Virus record (IMG/VR): IMGVR_UViG_3300045988_183523
Span: 40,364 to 104,363 of that record
Direction: 5' to 3' (one strand)
Length of the DNA: 64,000 bases
Source of the DNA: a virus
This document shows, in pieces, positions 7,615-17,642 of the stretch. The notes below the pieces were generated by a model that saw only the letters and a program-made list of their open reading frames with translations, was not told the DNA's origin and did not search any database. Position numbers and translations under genes: made by a program. How positions within the stretch are numbered: position 1 is the first letter of the stretch; each line of letters starts with the position of its first letter.

Positions 7615-7765
7615 CCGCCCAGTCTGAATGAGCGATTATTTTTAAAAATAAAACACATGGACTAACCGTCTATCCGACAAGTCCTTTATCTATAAGTATA
7701 TTAACACAGGAAATAATATTTGTCAAGATTATGAATATAATCTGAATTTATAAGGAGGAAAATAA

Positions 7766-9055
7766 ATGAAAAACAAAACTAAAATGTTATCAATCGTTTT
7801 GGCGATTGTTATGATTCTAACAAGTGTCAGCATTGGTGTGCCGACATTCGCAGCAAGTAAGCCAAGTGCAACACAGATTACTTCAATTAAGGCTATTCAT
7901 AATGGCTTTAAAGTTAAGTGGAAGAAGAAATCTTGCACAGGTTATCAGGTGCAGTACAGTACCTCAAAGAAGTTTACTTCAAAAACTTCTAAAACTTTGA
8001 AAGTAAACAAAGCAAAGACAACTTCTAAAACTGTAAAGAAGCTCAAAGCAAAAAAGAAGTATTATGTAAGAGTAAGAACATACAAAACTGTTAAAAAGAA
8101 GAACTATTACTCAAAGTGGTCGGCTAATTACAGCGTGACTACTAAGGCAAAGAAAGGTTCTTCAAGCAGCAGTTCAAGTGTTCCTACTATCAAATCTATT
8201 TCTTATCTTGATAAGGGATATGGTTTTAAGCTTACTTGGAGCAAAGTTTCTAAAGCTTATGGTTATGAGATTCAGTATAGCACTGATAAGAATTTTTCAG
8301 ATGTGTATGATAAAGATACAGGTTATCCATATTTAGGTCATTATCTTGAAGTAGGAAAAAATAAAAATACAGTAAACTTCAAAATTGATGAAAAGGATCC
8401 GGCAGGTGATGAAACTTGGTATGTAAGAATTAGGGCAAAGAAAAATCAAGGCTCACTTACAACGAAAGTAAAATATACCGGTTGGTCAAAGACCATTTCA
8501 ATCCTTACTCCTGAAAGAAAAGATTATCTCAGACTTATGGATAAGGCTTATGGCGAAATGGGTATTGTAGCAACTGACAGTGATTTTGATAAGCTTGTTA
8601 AAATTCAAAAATGGATTGATTATAATTGGTATTATGACAGAGACACTATTCATAATGATGCAATTAGTGTTTACCAATTAGCAAAATATCATCATAATGG
8701 ATGTAATTCATTTGCAATATGTTTTAATTACTTTGCTAATAAAGCTGGTATTCAAAGTTACGATATTGGTGGATGTCCTGCAAACAAAAATATTGAAGGG
8801 CATCATTGGAATTACATTTGTATTAATGGTTATTGGTATCAATATGATTGTGAGTCTGATCCTAATCCAAATAAATCACCAAGTGGAAAGCCATATTATA
8901 GAACAAGATTTTATTCTGAAAAAATGATTGAATTTTACATTCTTGATAATAAAAGTCAAATTATTTATAATAATAATATTCCACATGGTACGGATTATCG
9001 CTATTATGACCAGCAAATTCAAAATGCTATTGGATATGAATATCATTATAACTAA
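7766..9055 (+). CDS. Secreted protein with a signal peptide, two fibronectin-III-like repeats and a C-terminal transglutaminase-like cysteine-protease domain
   Basis: Signal peptide MKNKTKMLSIVLAIVMILTSVSIGVPTFAA. Fn3-like repeats (TGYQVQYSTSKKF...AKKKYYVRVRTYK). Transglutaminase-like Cys/His/Asp core: NGCNSFAICFNYFANKAGIQSY...GHHWNYICINGYWYQYDCES. Confidence 0.6.
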   Translation: MKNKTKMLSIVLAIVMILTSVSIGVPTFAASKPSATQITSIKAIHNGFKVKWKKKSCTGYQVQYSTSKKFTSKTSKTLKVNKAKTTSKTVKKLKAKKKYYVRVRTYKTVKKKNYYSKWSANYSVTTKAKKGSSSSSSSVPTIKSISYLDKGYGFKLTWSKVSKAYGYEIQYSTDKNFSDVYDKDTGYPYLGHYLEVGKNKNTVNFKIDEKDPAGDETWYVRIRAKKNQGSLTTKVKYTGWSKTISILTPERKDYLRLMDKAYGEMGIVATDSDFDKLVKIQKWIDYNWYYDRDTIHNDAISVYQLAKYHHNGCNSFAICFNYFANKAGIQSYDIGGCPANKNIEGHHWNYICINGYWYQYDCESDPNPNKSPSGKPYYRTRFYSEKMIEFYILDNKSQIIYNNNIPHGTDYRYYDQQIQNAIGYEYHYN

Positions 9056-9076
9056 TTTGCAATAAATTATATTTAA

Positions 9077-9115
9077 AGAACTATCAAATTTCGTATTTGA
9101 TAGTTCTTTTTTTTA
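9077..9115 (+). terminator. rho-independent terminator
   Basis: aagaactatcaaat-ttcgt-atttgatagttctt followed by ttttttt. Confidence 0.7.
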
Positions 9116-9270
9116 TACAAAAACTAAATAATTGAAAGGTGGTGAACGGTAATGAAAAGATATTTTTCAGGATTCATTTAGAATGAAATTTAAAGATTTT
9201 ATTTTATTTTCCGGAAAGTAAATTAAACAAAAATTAAAAACTAAAAGTCTCAAAGAAAGGAGAGAACTAT

Positions 9271-12200
9271 ATGGCAACTAAATTAAAATTCAACAGAAAA
9301 TTTGGCAAAAAGATACTTGCGTTGCTGTTATCAGTGTTAACAGTGTTTACTTGTATAACACCTGTTATGTCAGTATTAGCTGATTCATCAATAAAAGATG
9401 TATGGTCATCAAGCGGAATGGCACACCATAGGCTTGAAATAGACGGAAAAGATGCCTTTTGTATTAACTATGGTGCAAGTTCATCAGGCAAGTTTAAAAC
9501 AGATTCAGAAGCTGTAAAGTATTGGAATGCGCTTGGCTCATCAAAGAAAAACAAAATACAAAATATTCTTTCATGTGCCGGAGCAAAAGGATATATGAAC
9601 GGTACTGATGCTCAATATTTCGGTATTCAAAGAGCAATTTGGAAGGTTGTTACTTCCAAATCAGAAAAAGAACTTTCTGATTATTTTAAAAAACAAACAA
9701 AAGATGTTTATGAAACTCTAATTTCAAATTACTCAAAATATTCAAATAAAAAGCCTAATTTCGGCGGCAGTACCATAAAACTTGAACCACAATATGATGA
9801 ACAGGGTAATGTTACCTCATACAAAGGCTCTGCAACTGATAGTAATGGCGTTTTAAGTAAATTTGATATTACTGATAAAGCAGGGCTTACAACTTCTATT
9901 TCGGGTAATAAACTTACGGTATCAACATCAACAAAATTTGATGGTTTGAAAACACTTAAAATGGCTGCTGAGTATAAGCATTATACTATTAAGGACAGTC
10001 AGGTTGGTCATTTCGGTGATCAGCAAGTTATAGCTACTGGTAGCCCAAGTACATTAAATGCAAATGTTACTGTTAGTCGTGAAACAAACTATGGTTCAAT
10101 ACAAATCAGTAAGATTTCTGAAACTGGTGAATCAATGAGTGGCATTCAATTTAATTTGTATGATTCAAATGGAACTTATATTAGTTCAAATTGGACTGAT
10201 GAAAGTGGTGTTACAGATTTTATTGGGTTACTGCCCGGAACATACACAGTAACAGAAGTAACTCCTGCCGGATATGTACCATACGGTAATATTGGTAGTG
10301 TACAAGTAACAGTTGTTGCTAACCAAACAACCAATGCATCAAACCATGTAAGCGGCAATTGGGTAAACACCTTGCAGCGTGGTGATATTTATATCCATAA
10401 GACGATTGAGGATACAAATACACCGTACCAAGCACAATTTACATTGTATGATTCAGACGGTAATTATGTATTGTCAGGAACAACAAATACTGCCGGTGAT
10501 TTGTATTTTTGTAATGTACCGATTGGATATTATCAACTTAAAGAAACCAATACATTTAACGGTAATGTTATAGATTGGCAAAAAGTATATTATACTTACG
10601 ATTATAATTCCGGTCAGTATGTAGCAAATAAGGGTGATTCGATATATGTAGCATGGGATGGTCAAACAAGTTATCCATATGCAAATCAAGTATGTCATAA
10701 CGGTTGGTTGAACGATAATGATGATGCAACAAAAGGTGGCGTAAATCTTTGCGATTGGTATAACCTCATTAACTATTCAGGTGAAAATACAATAGTTAAT
10801 AGATATAAGCGTGGCGATTTAAGATTGCATAAATTAGCAGAAGAGCCAGTAGAAGTATCGGAAAACGGTTATACATATAAGTACACATCAAACGATAATG
10901 TAGGAACATATAAATCATTATCCGGTGCAACATTTACTGCTACAAGCTACTCAAATCAAAATGTTTTGGGTAGAGATTTAACATTTACAACTACTACCGG
11001 TGCAGACGGATATGCATATTTCTGCGATATGCCAATTGGTGTATATACAGTACAAGAGGTTAATACAGACAGTAAGTATGTTCAACCGGCTTCACAAACA
11101 TTTTATGTTGATTGGGATGGCAATACTTCCTATGATATATCAGGTGCTAATTTTAGAAACACTGCAAACTACTTTACAGGTAATAATACAAACACATTAA
11201 CCTTTATCAATTACTTGAAGTATTTTAGATTTGAGTTCTCAAAACTTGATGAAACAACAAACAGTTCAACTGCTCAAGGTGATGCTTCACTTGCAGGTGC
11301 TGTGTATGAATTGTATAAAGGTGATGAACTTGTAGGCACATATACGACAGATGCAAAAGGTAAATTTACCACAAAGTATCATGTATGCGGTTCAGATTAT
11401 TACCTTAAAGAAAAATCATCTTCATCCGGTTACTTTATCAACCCTGATAAAATAACCATTTCGGAAGATTGTACTAAATATACTGCACGATTAAATGATA
11501 CAAAGTATTCACAAACCGAACTTGAAAAATACGGCAAAATCGAAATCATTAAGCATTATGATCCTGATGATGCAACACAAATTGAGCAACCTGAAGAAGG
11601 AGCTGAATTTCAAGTATATTTGAAATCTGCCGGCTCATATGATAATGCAAAAGATAATGAAAAGGATTATCTTGTAACGGATAAAGACGGTCATGCTGTA
11701 TCTAAAAAATTGCCTTACGGTGATTATGTAATTCACCAAACAAAAAGCACTGAAGGCACGCTTTTTGTACCTGATAAAGTACAAGGCATACAAACAGGTT
11801 TAAACGGTGATAAATTTTATTCTGATGATTACCTTATTAAAAACAAAGATGTATCAATTGAAGATACTGTAATTTCATATAAGTATTTGATGTTAGATAC
11901 ACTCGATAAAGCGTATATCAAACTTGTAAAAGAAGACAGCGAAACAGGTAAAATAATTCCATATAACGAATTACAGGGTGCTGTGTTCCAAATTCTTGAT
12001 AAGGATTTGAATGTTATTTCAATGACATATACATACCCGAAGAAAATAACTGTTAACTCTTTTACAATTAACGATGAAGGATATATTATCACTCCTCAGA
12101 AGCTTAAATACGGCACATATTATCTTGTAGAAGTACAATCACCATACGGATATTATAATCCAAACGGTGAGCTTGTAAGCGTTGATAACGGTACATATAA

Positions 12201-15156
12201 ATATGATGCAAATAAGGTCGTTAAAACTAAATTCAAAGTTGATACAGTTAATAATGATTATGAAGTTGATAAAAGTGATAAAGAGTTTATTACAATTAAC
12301 ATTCCAATCAAAAATACAAATCAGTATCCAACACTTTCAATTGAAAAGAGAGGTGAAGTCTTCTCATCAGTAATTGAAAAAGATAATACATATTATCCGG
12401 TATATCAAGTTGAAGGTTTAAAGAATGCAGTATATGCAGTCACAGCGAGTGAGGATATTGTAACACCTGACGGTACAGTTCGTTACAAGAAAGGTCAAAT
12501 GGTTTGCAAAATGACAACAGGTGAAAATGGCATTGCTAATTCACAGTCAAGCAAAACTGAATGGCTTGGAAACTGGAAACATTTGTATCTTGGTAAATAT
12601 GAAATTACTGAAATCAAAGCACCGTATGGATATATTCTTAATTCAAACACACAGTATGTTGAGTTTACATATCAAGGTCAAAATGTCGAAACATTTGATA
12701 CTTCATTAACTTATAATAACGATAGACAAACTGTCGAAAGTAAAGGTAATAAACAACTTGAAGTAAACAAAACTTATGGAATAGGTGACAACGGTGAAAT
12801 TCAATCAGTAGTGTTTGGTCTTTTTGCAAGTGAAGATATTGTAGCATCAGACGGTAAGAAGATTCCAAAAGACGGTTTAATTCAAGCTGTAAATGTATCA
12901 AGTGACGGTACATTTGGTTTTGATGCGGACCTTCCAATCGGTCACAAATATTATGTAAAGGAAATCGCAACTGATAATCATTACATTCTTGATGATACAA
13001 AATATCCTGTTGACTTTGAGTATAAAGGACAGGATGTTGAAAAACAAACTATCAATATTAACGATAATAAAGTGATAAAGAATTCACTTAAATACGGTAA
13101 GTTAAGCGGTCTTAAAAAGGATGATTTGGGTAATAAACTTCAAGGTGTAACATTTGGTTTGTTTAAATCAACTGAAACAAAATTTACAAAGGACACAGCA
13201 ATTGTAACAACTACTACCGATAAAAACGGTAAGTTTGAATTTACAAACATTCCGGTAGGTGATTACAAGCTTGTAGAACTTAAAGCACCAAAAGATTATG
13301 TATTCTCCAAAGAACCTGTTGCAATTACAGTCAGTGAAGATAAACAAACAATTACCAAAGAGATAACAAATATCCTTGCAAGAGGACAGGTTAAAATATC
13401 AAAAGAGGGCGAAGTCTTTTATTCTGTAAAGGAAAATGAAGACGGTACTCAAACACCTATATATAAGTTACAAAAGCTTGCAGGTGTAGTATTTGACATT
13501 GTAGCTGCAAAAGATATTGTAACTCCTGACGGTGTAGTTCGTGCAAAGAAAGGTGATGTAGTTGATACAATTACAACTAATGATTCCGGTTATGCCGAAA
13601 GCAAAAAGCTTTTCCTCGGCGAATATACAGTCAAAGAAGTTAAAACTCCTGCCGGTTATTATCTTGATACAAATAACTATAAAGAAGGGGAAAATCTCTT
13701 TAATGTAACGCTTGAATTTGAAAACAGTGATAAAGAAATTGTTGTTAAAAATCTTGATGTAATTAACCAAAGACAAAGAGCAGAAGTTTCACTTCTTAAA
13801 TCAATGGAAAAGGATGAAACCTTTAATATTGACGGTAAGAATGAACTCAAAAATGTAGTATTTGGTCTTTTTGCAAAAGAAGATATGACAGCATTAGACA
13901 GTTCACAAATCACAAAAGACAGCGTAATTGCACTTGCCAAACCGGATGAAAACGGTAAAGTTTCCTTTAATGTAGATTTACCTTACGGTTATAAATACTA
14001 TGTAAAAGAAATGGCAACCGATATTCATTATTCGCTTAATGAAGCTGAATATGAGTTTTCATTCGATACAAAAGATAACTCACTTAACACACAAAAGATA
14101 GCTTTAAATGATAGTAAAGAAGTTGTAAATGAACTTAAAAGAGGTACAATAATCGGTCATAAAACATCCGAAGACGGTACTGCACTTGCAGGTGCAACAT
14201 TCGGTTTGTTCTATTCTGACTGTACTCAATTTACTGCAGATAACGCTATTATGACAGCTACATCTGATACAACCGGCACATTCAAATTTGAATATGTTGA
14301 CTACGGTAAGTTTATTATAAGGGAAATTCAAGCCCCTGCAAAACATGCACTTGATACTACAAATTATGAAGTATCAATACAAGAACACAATCAAATAGTA
14401 AACATAAATGTATCAAACAAACTCATCAGAGCAACCGTAATTGTTACAAAGATTGATAAGGAATATCCTGACAACAAGCTTTCAGGCGCAACCTTTGCAA
14501 TCTTCAATGATGTAAATGAAAACGGTATCTATGATGAAAATATTGATACCCTGTACGGTAATCTTAATGAAACCGAACAAGGTATTTACAAATTATCAAA
14601 CATTCCTTATGGTCATTATTTAGTTAAAGAAACGGAAGCACCAAAAGGTTTTGAACTTGACAATACTTATTATCCGGTATTTATTTGTGAGGATCAAGCA
14701 GTGTACAACATTCAAAACAACGGCGAATGTTTTATAAATAATGCACTTACCGGAACGCTTAAAGTTATTAAAAAATCTTCTGACGGCACAGTAGAAGGCT
14801 TTGATTTCTTAATCAAAGGTGTATCTGATTCAGGTACTCCTGTTGAAATTACAGCTACTACAAATGCTGACGGTGAAATAGTTATTCCTTCACTTCGTAC
14901 AGGTACTTATACAATTTCGGAAGTTCAAAACAAACTTTCTAAAAAGTATATTACTCCTAAATCTCAAACAGTTACCATTATCGAAGGTAAAACTACTACC
15001 GTTAATTTCTTCAATAAGCTTAAAGATGTTGGTATTCCTAAAACCGGTACGAATATTGCAATTGTATATGGAACAATAATCGTACTTGCTGTTTCTCTTG
15101 GTGCTTCTTTAATAGTTTATTCAAAAAGGAAGAAAAATTCAACAAAAGAAGATTGA
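9271..15156 (+). CDS. Giant cell-wall-anchored adhesin (1961 aa) with many Cna-B/SpaA-type prealbumin-fold repeats and a C-terminal IPKTG sorting signal, TM segment and basic tail
   Basis: Signal peptide. Repeated modules of the type GATFGLF..TDxNGKFEF.N.PxGxYxLKEIKAPxGY. C-terminus ...GIPKTG-TNIAIVYGTIIVLAVSLGASLIVY-SKRKKNSTKED (IPKTG at 15034-15048). Confidence 0.7.
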   Translation: MATKLKFNRKFGKKILALLLSVLTVFTCITPVMSVLADSSIKDVWSSSGMAHHRLEIDGKDAFCINYGASSSGKFKTDSEAVKYWNALGSSKKNKIQNILSCAGAKGYMNGTDAQYFGIQRAIWKVVTSKSEKELSDYFKKQTKDVYETLISNYSKYSNKKPNFGGSTIKLEPQYDEQGNVTSYKGSATDSNGVLSKFDITDKAGLTTSISGNKLTVSTSTKFDGLKTLKMAAEYKHYTIKDSQVGHFGDQQVIATGSPSTLNANVTVSRETNYGSIQISKISETGESMSGIQFNLYDSNGTYISSNWTDESGVTDFIGLLPGTYTVTEVTPAGYVPYGNIGSVQVTVVANQTTNASNHVSGNWVNTLQRGDIYIHKTIEDTNTPYQAQFTLYDSDGNYVLSGTTNTAGDLYFCNVPIGYYQLKETNTFNGNVIDWQKVYYTYDYNSGQYVANKGDSIYVAWDGQTSYPYANQVCHNGWLNDNDDATKGGVNLCDWYNLINYSGENTIVNRYKRGDLRLHKLAEEPVEVSENGYTYKYTSNDNVGTYKSLSGATFTATSYSNQNVLGRDLTFTTTTGADGYAYFCDMPIGVYTVQEVNTDSKYVQPASQTFYVDWDGNTSYDISGANFRNTANYFTGNNTNTLTFINYLKYFRFEFSKLDETTNSSTAQGDASLAGAVYELYKGDELVGTYTTDAKGKFTTKYHVCGSDYYLKEKSSSSGYFINPDKITISEDCTKYTARLNDTKYSQTELEKYGKIEIIKHYDPDDATQIEQPEEGAEFQVYLKSAGSYDNAKDNEKDYLVTDKDGHAVSKKLPYGDYVIHQTKSTEGTLFVPDKVQGIQTGLNGDKFYSDDYLIKNKDVSIEDTVISYKYLMLDTLDKAYIKLVKEDSETGKIIPYNELQGAVFQILDKDLNVISMTYTYPKKITVNSFTINDEGYIITPQKLKYGTYYLVEVQSPYGYYNPNGELVSVDNGTYKYDANKVVKTKFKVDTVNNDYEVDKSDKEFITINIPIKNTNQYPTLSIEKRGEVFSSVIEKDNTYYPVYQVEGLKNAVYAVTASEDIVTPDGTVRYKKGQMVCKMTTGENGIANSQSSKTEWLGNWKHLYLGKYEITEIKAPYGYILNSNTQYVEFTYQGQNVETFDTSLTYNNDRQTVESKGNKQLEVNKTYGIGDNGEIQSVVFGLFASEDIVASDGKKIPKDGLIQAVNVSSDGTFGFDADLPIGHKYYVKEIATDNHYILDDTKYPVDFEYKGQDVEKQTININDNKVIKNSLKYGKLSGLKKDDLGNKLQGVTFGLFKSTETKFTKDTAIVTTTTDKNGKFEFTNIPVGDYKLVELKAPKDYVFSKEPVAITVSEDKQTITKEITNILARGQVKISKEGEVFYSVKENEDGTQTPIYKLQKLAGVVFDIVAAKDIVTPDGVVRAKKGDVVDTITTNDSGYAESKKLFLGEYTVKEVKTPAGYYLDTNNYKEGENLFNVTLEFENSDKEIVVKNLDVINQRQRAEVSLLKSMEKDETFNIDGKNELKNVVFGLFAKEDMTALDSSQITKDSVIALAKPDENGKVSFNVDLPYGYKYYVKEMATDIHYSLNEAEYEFSFDTKDNSLNTQKIALNDSKEVVNELKRGTIIGHKTSEDGTALAGATFGLFYSDCTQFTADNAIMTATSDTTGTFKFEYVDYGKFIIREIQAPAKHALDTTNYEVSIQEHNQIVNINVSNKLIRATVIVTKIDKEYPDNKLSGATFAIFNDVNENGIYDENIDTLYGNLNETEQGIYKLSNIPYGHYLVKETEAPKGFELDNTYYPVFICEDQAVYNIQNNGECFINNALTGTLKVIKKSSDGTVEGFDFLIKGVSDSGTPVEITATTNADGEIVIPSLRTGTYTISEVQNKLSKKYITPKSQTVTIIEGKTTTVNFFNKLKDVGIPKTGTNIAIVYGTIIVLAVSLGASLIVYSKRKKNSTKED

Positions 15157-15190
15157 TTGTAATTATTTTTTAACTTTAAGTATTTAATTT

Positions 15191-15238
15191 AAGGCACAGG
15201 GAATGACAAATGATTTCTCTGTGCCTTTTAATTTTTTT
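15191..15238 (+). terminator. rho-independent terminator
   Basis: aaggcacag-(19 nt)-ctgtgcctt followed by ttaattttttt. Confidence 0.6.
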
Positions 15239-15266
15239 ACACAAAGATAATGTAAAGGAGAATATT

Positions 15267-15887
15267 ATGATCAATATATATAAGCACAATGATGTGTTAG
15301 ATTTGATTAAATTGGTTAATTCAATGAAAGTTGTTTCTATGCCGCAGATAAAAAAATATTTTGCTAACAAAGGTATTGAAGGTGATAGATTATCTAACAT
15401 TTTAACAATCACTGAAAAGTCCGGAAGAATTTTTTTTACTGATACGAAAACATTTGCAGTAAATCAAAAACATATGTTAGAGGAAAATTATTTTAATTTG
15501 TATATGAATATTTATAAAATTGCTTGGCTTTATTGCGAACTTTCTTCAATATATGATGAAATAAATACTGATTGTAAATTTCCATGTAAAGCTTTTTTGT
15601 ACAATTCTAAATCTGCAAAAACAATGCATATTTTTCAAATTTCTAATAACAGTTTTGAAAATGACTGTATAAATATTGAAACTAATTTTGATATTCCAAT
15701 AACTCAAAAGCATCCAATTGATTCGATAATAATACTTGATTCAATTGATAAATTAAATGAAATATGCCTTCCGGATTGTATTAAAGTTATTGCATATTCG
15801 GTGATCAATAAACTCGATAACGGTAATGCCGAAACACTTTTTTATAATTCGAAAGGGGAAAGGATGAAAATAAATACCAATGGGTAA
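15267..15887 (+). CDS. hypothetical protein (206 aa)
   Basis: The ORF-track start at 15210 lies inside the terminator hairpin. ATG 15267 has an RBS (aaggagaatattATG). No family recognised. Confidence 0.4.
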   Translation: MINIYKHNDVLDLIKLVNSMKVVSMPQIKKYFANKGIEGDRLSNILTITEKSGRIFFTDTKTFAVNQKHMLEENYFNLYMNIYKIAWLYCELSSIYDEINTDCKFPCKAFLYNSKSAKTMHIFQISNNSFENDCINIETNFDIPITQKHPIDSIIILDSIDKLNEICLPDCIKVIAYSVINKLDNGNAETLFYNSKGERMKINTNG

Positions 15888-16620
15888 TATGAACAACGAA
15901 AAAATATCTCGTAAACTTATAACAATCAATAAAGGTCTTGATAGAGCAATGTATCAAACTTCGCAATCTAAAGACGGCATTATTGAAAACGATACTAATC
16001 TTTACGAAGATAAACTTATAGAAGCTTTGCTTAATACTGAAAAGCAATATATTGAACTAAAAAAATTAGCTGCACTTACAATTAGCAATAAAGTAATGCT
16101 GAAGAACATTGAAAAAAATGAAAAAGAAGTTGCTAACATTGATATAAAATTATTAAAAAAAGGAATTATTTGTTTGTCAATTCCAATTATAACTCCTTTT
16201 TCTATTTATCACACATTGCAGTTATATCCCAAAAATATTGAACGCCCATATATTGTAAATGCAATTGACAAAACTTTTTCTCAATTATATTTGATTCAAA
16301 AAGAACTTGAAAACTTCTTCGATGAAAATAATATTGAGCAAGAAAAATACAAACATATGTCAGTTGTTTTTATAAATCATTATGGCGAGAAATATGATAA
16401 CATCCGTATTCCTGATTCTAATAATTATGCGTATAAAGCATTAACAGATGTAATTTGTTCTGTATTTAAGTGTGAAGAAATCGGTTCAGTAGTTGACACT
16501 ATCATTCAATCTCGTAGTGGTAGGGAAACATTTACAGAAATTTATATTCTTCCTTGCCAATACGACTTTAAAAAAACCACTCTTGAATTTCAAAAAAACA
16601 ACAGGATACAAAACAAATGA
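15880..16620 (+). CDS. hypothetical protein, tandem paralog A (246 aa)
   Basis: Shares blocks with the next ORF: IEALLN/IEALYN, FINHYGEKYDNIRIPDSNNYAYKAL / YVNNYDEKYIKSDFPDTDNYSYKRI, ETFTEIYILP / STFTEIFILP. Start overlaps the previous stop. Confidence 0.5.
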   Translation: MGNMNNEKISRKLITINKGLDRAMYQTSQSKDGIIENDTNLYEDKLIEALLNTEKQYIELKKLAALTISNKVMLKNIEKNEKEVANIDIKLLKKGIICLSIPIITPFSIYHTLQLYPKNIERPYIVNAIDKTFSQLYLIQKELENFFDENNIEQEKYKHMSVVFINHYGEKYDNIRIPDSNNYAYKALTDVICSVFKCEEIGSVVDTIIQSRSGRETFTEIYILPCQYDFKKTTLEFQKNNRIQNK

Positions 16621-17366
16621 TAAGCGAAAATTTTAAAAATAGGCTTAATGAATCATTGAAAAAAAATCGTGAAAGATTGAAAAAAATTGAATTTTATTTT
16701 GATGAATGTCAAAAAAATATCAATGAAAATGATAAAAAATCTTACGATGAAAATATGATTGAGGCACTATATAACTGTGATTTAATGGCACTGAATTTGC
16801 GTAATTTATCTTCCGTTACAATAGATCCTATTTGGACTATCAATCATCCTAAAGAACAAAATCAAGTATTAAAAAAAGTCGAAAATATGGAATTATCTTT
16901 ATATGATATATCAATTTCAACATTAAAAAGCGGCGGTTTTAAAATCAAAATGCCAATTATAAAACCGTTTGCACGATATAAAAAAGTAAAACTTTTTGAC
17001 GAATCTCGAAAAAAAAATTATGCAATTAAATGTATCGAAGATGTTGAATATGATTCAAAAATAATTTCATTAGCAATAAAAAAATTCTTATCAGAAAACA
17101 AAATAAATAAAATCAATAGCAATAAATTAACAATTATATATGTAAATAATTATGATGAAAAGTATATCAAATCAGATTTTCCTGACACGGATAACTATTC
17201 ATATAAGAGAATTTCTGATGAAATTTTGAAAAATTTTTCGATAGATATTGATGATTCTTGGGTCGATTTTTGCTACTTTTCTCGTAAAAATATTTCTACT
17301 TTTACTGAAATTTTTATTCTTCCGAATGAATCTTTTTTTGAATTTTTTTGCTCTGAAATTGATTAA
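16617..17366 (+). CDS. hypothetical protein, tandem paralog B (249 aa)
   Basis: See paralog A. 4-nt start/stop overlap. Confidence 0.5.
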   Translation: MISENFKNRLNESLKKNRERLKKIEFYFDECQKNINENDKKSYDENMIEALYNCDLMALNLRNLSSVTIDPIWTINHPKEQNQVLKKVENMELSLYDISISTLKSGGFKIKMPIIKPFARYKKVKLFDESRKKNYAIKCIEDVEYDSKIISLAIKKFLSENKINKINSNKLTIIYVNNYDEKYIKSDFPDTDNYSYKRISDEILKNFSIDIDDSWVDFCYFSRKNISTFTEIFILPNESFFEFFCSEID

Positions 17367-17424
17367 AAAATTCGTTAATTTTTTTGAGTTTTTATTTCAA
17401 AAGTGGGTATTTTTAAGAAATTTT

Positions 17425-17466
17425 TACCATTCAAAATTAGAAAGGTAAAAATACCCAGTTTTTTCC
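17425..17466 (+). terminator. rho-independent terminator (nested hairpins)
   Basis: tgggtattttta...taaaaataccca followed by gtttttt. Confidence 0.55.
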
Positions 17467-17642
17467 TTTAAAATAGGGCAAAAACAGCACTTTTTGAACG
17501 AGGTAGCGATTAAGTCTTAAAAATCAACACAAAAGTATAAAACCAATAAAAACAAAAAGTAACCATCAAAAATATTTAAACTCACGCTACTAATCAAGAA
17601 AAAAGCGTGAGAAGGAATATTGAAAGAGTGAGGCTAAATGTT

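Noticed and set aside
7620-7640. Hammerhead-ribozyme-like CTGAATGAG box
   Set aside because: It has an extra nucleotide relative to CUGAUGAG, and no appropriately placed GAAA or stem II/III.
9271-9600. Thioester (TQxA/Cys-Gln) adhesin domain at the N-terminus of the giant adhesin
   Set aside because: Only a vague CINYG / GIQRA resemblance. The diagnostic Cys...TQxA arrangement cannot be supported by eye.
10176-14346. Several 60-110-aa ORFs on both strands inside the 9271-15156 adhesin gene
   Set aside because: They are fully nested in a 1961-aa ORF with coherent domain repeats. They are alternative-frame or antisense artefacts.
15210-15266. ORF-track 5' extension of 15210-15887
   Set aside because: The extension lies within the upstream rho-independent terminator. 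The internal ATG at 15267 has a proper RBS.
17248-17448. 66-aa ORF overlapping the 3' end of 16617-17366 and the terminator
   Set aside because: Phe/Leu-rich, no RBS, and it spans the terminator hairpin.
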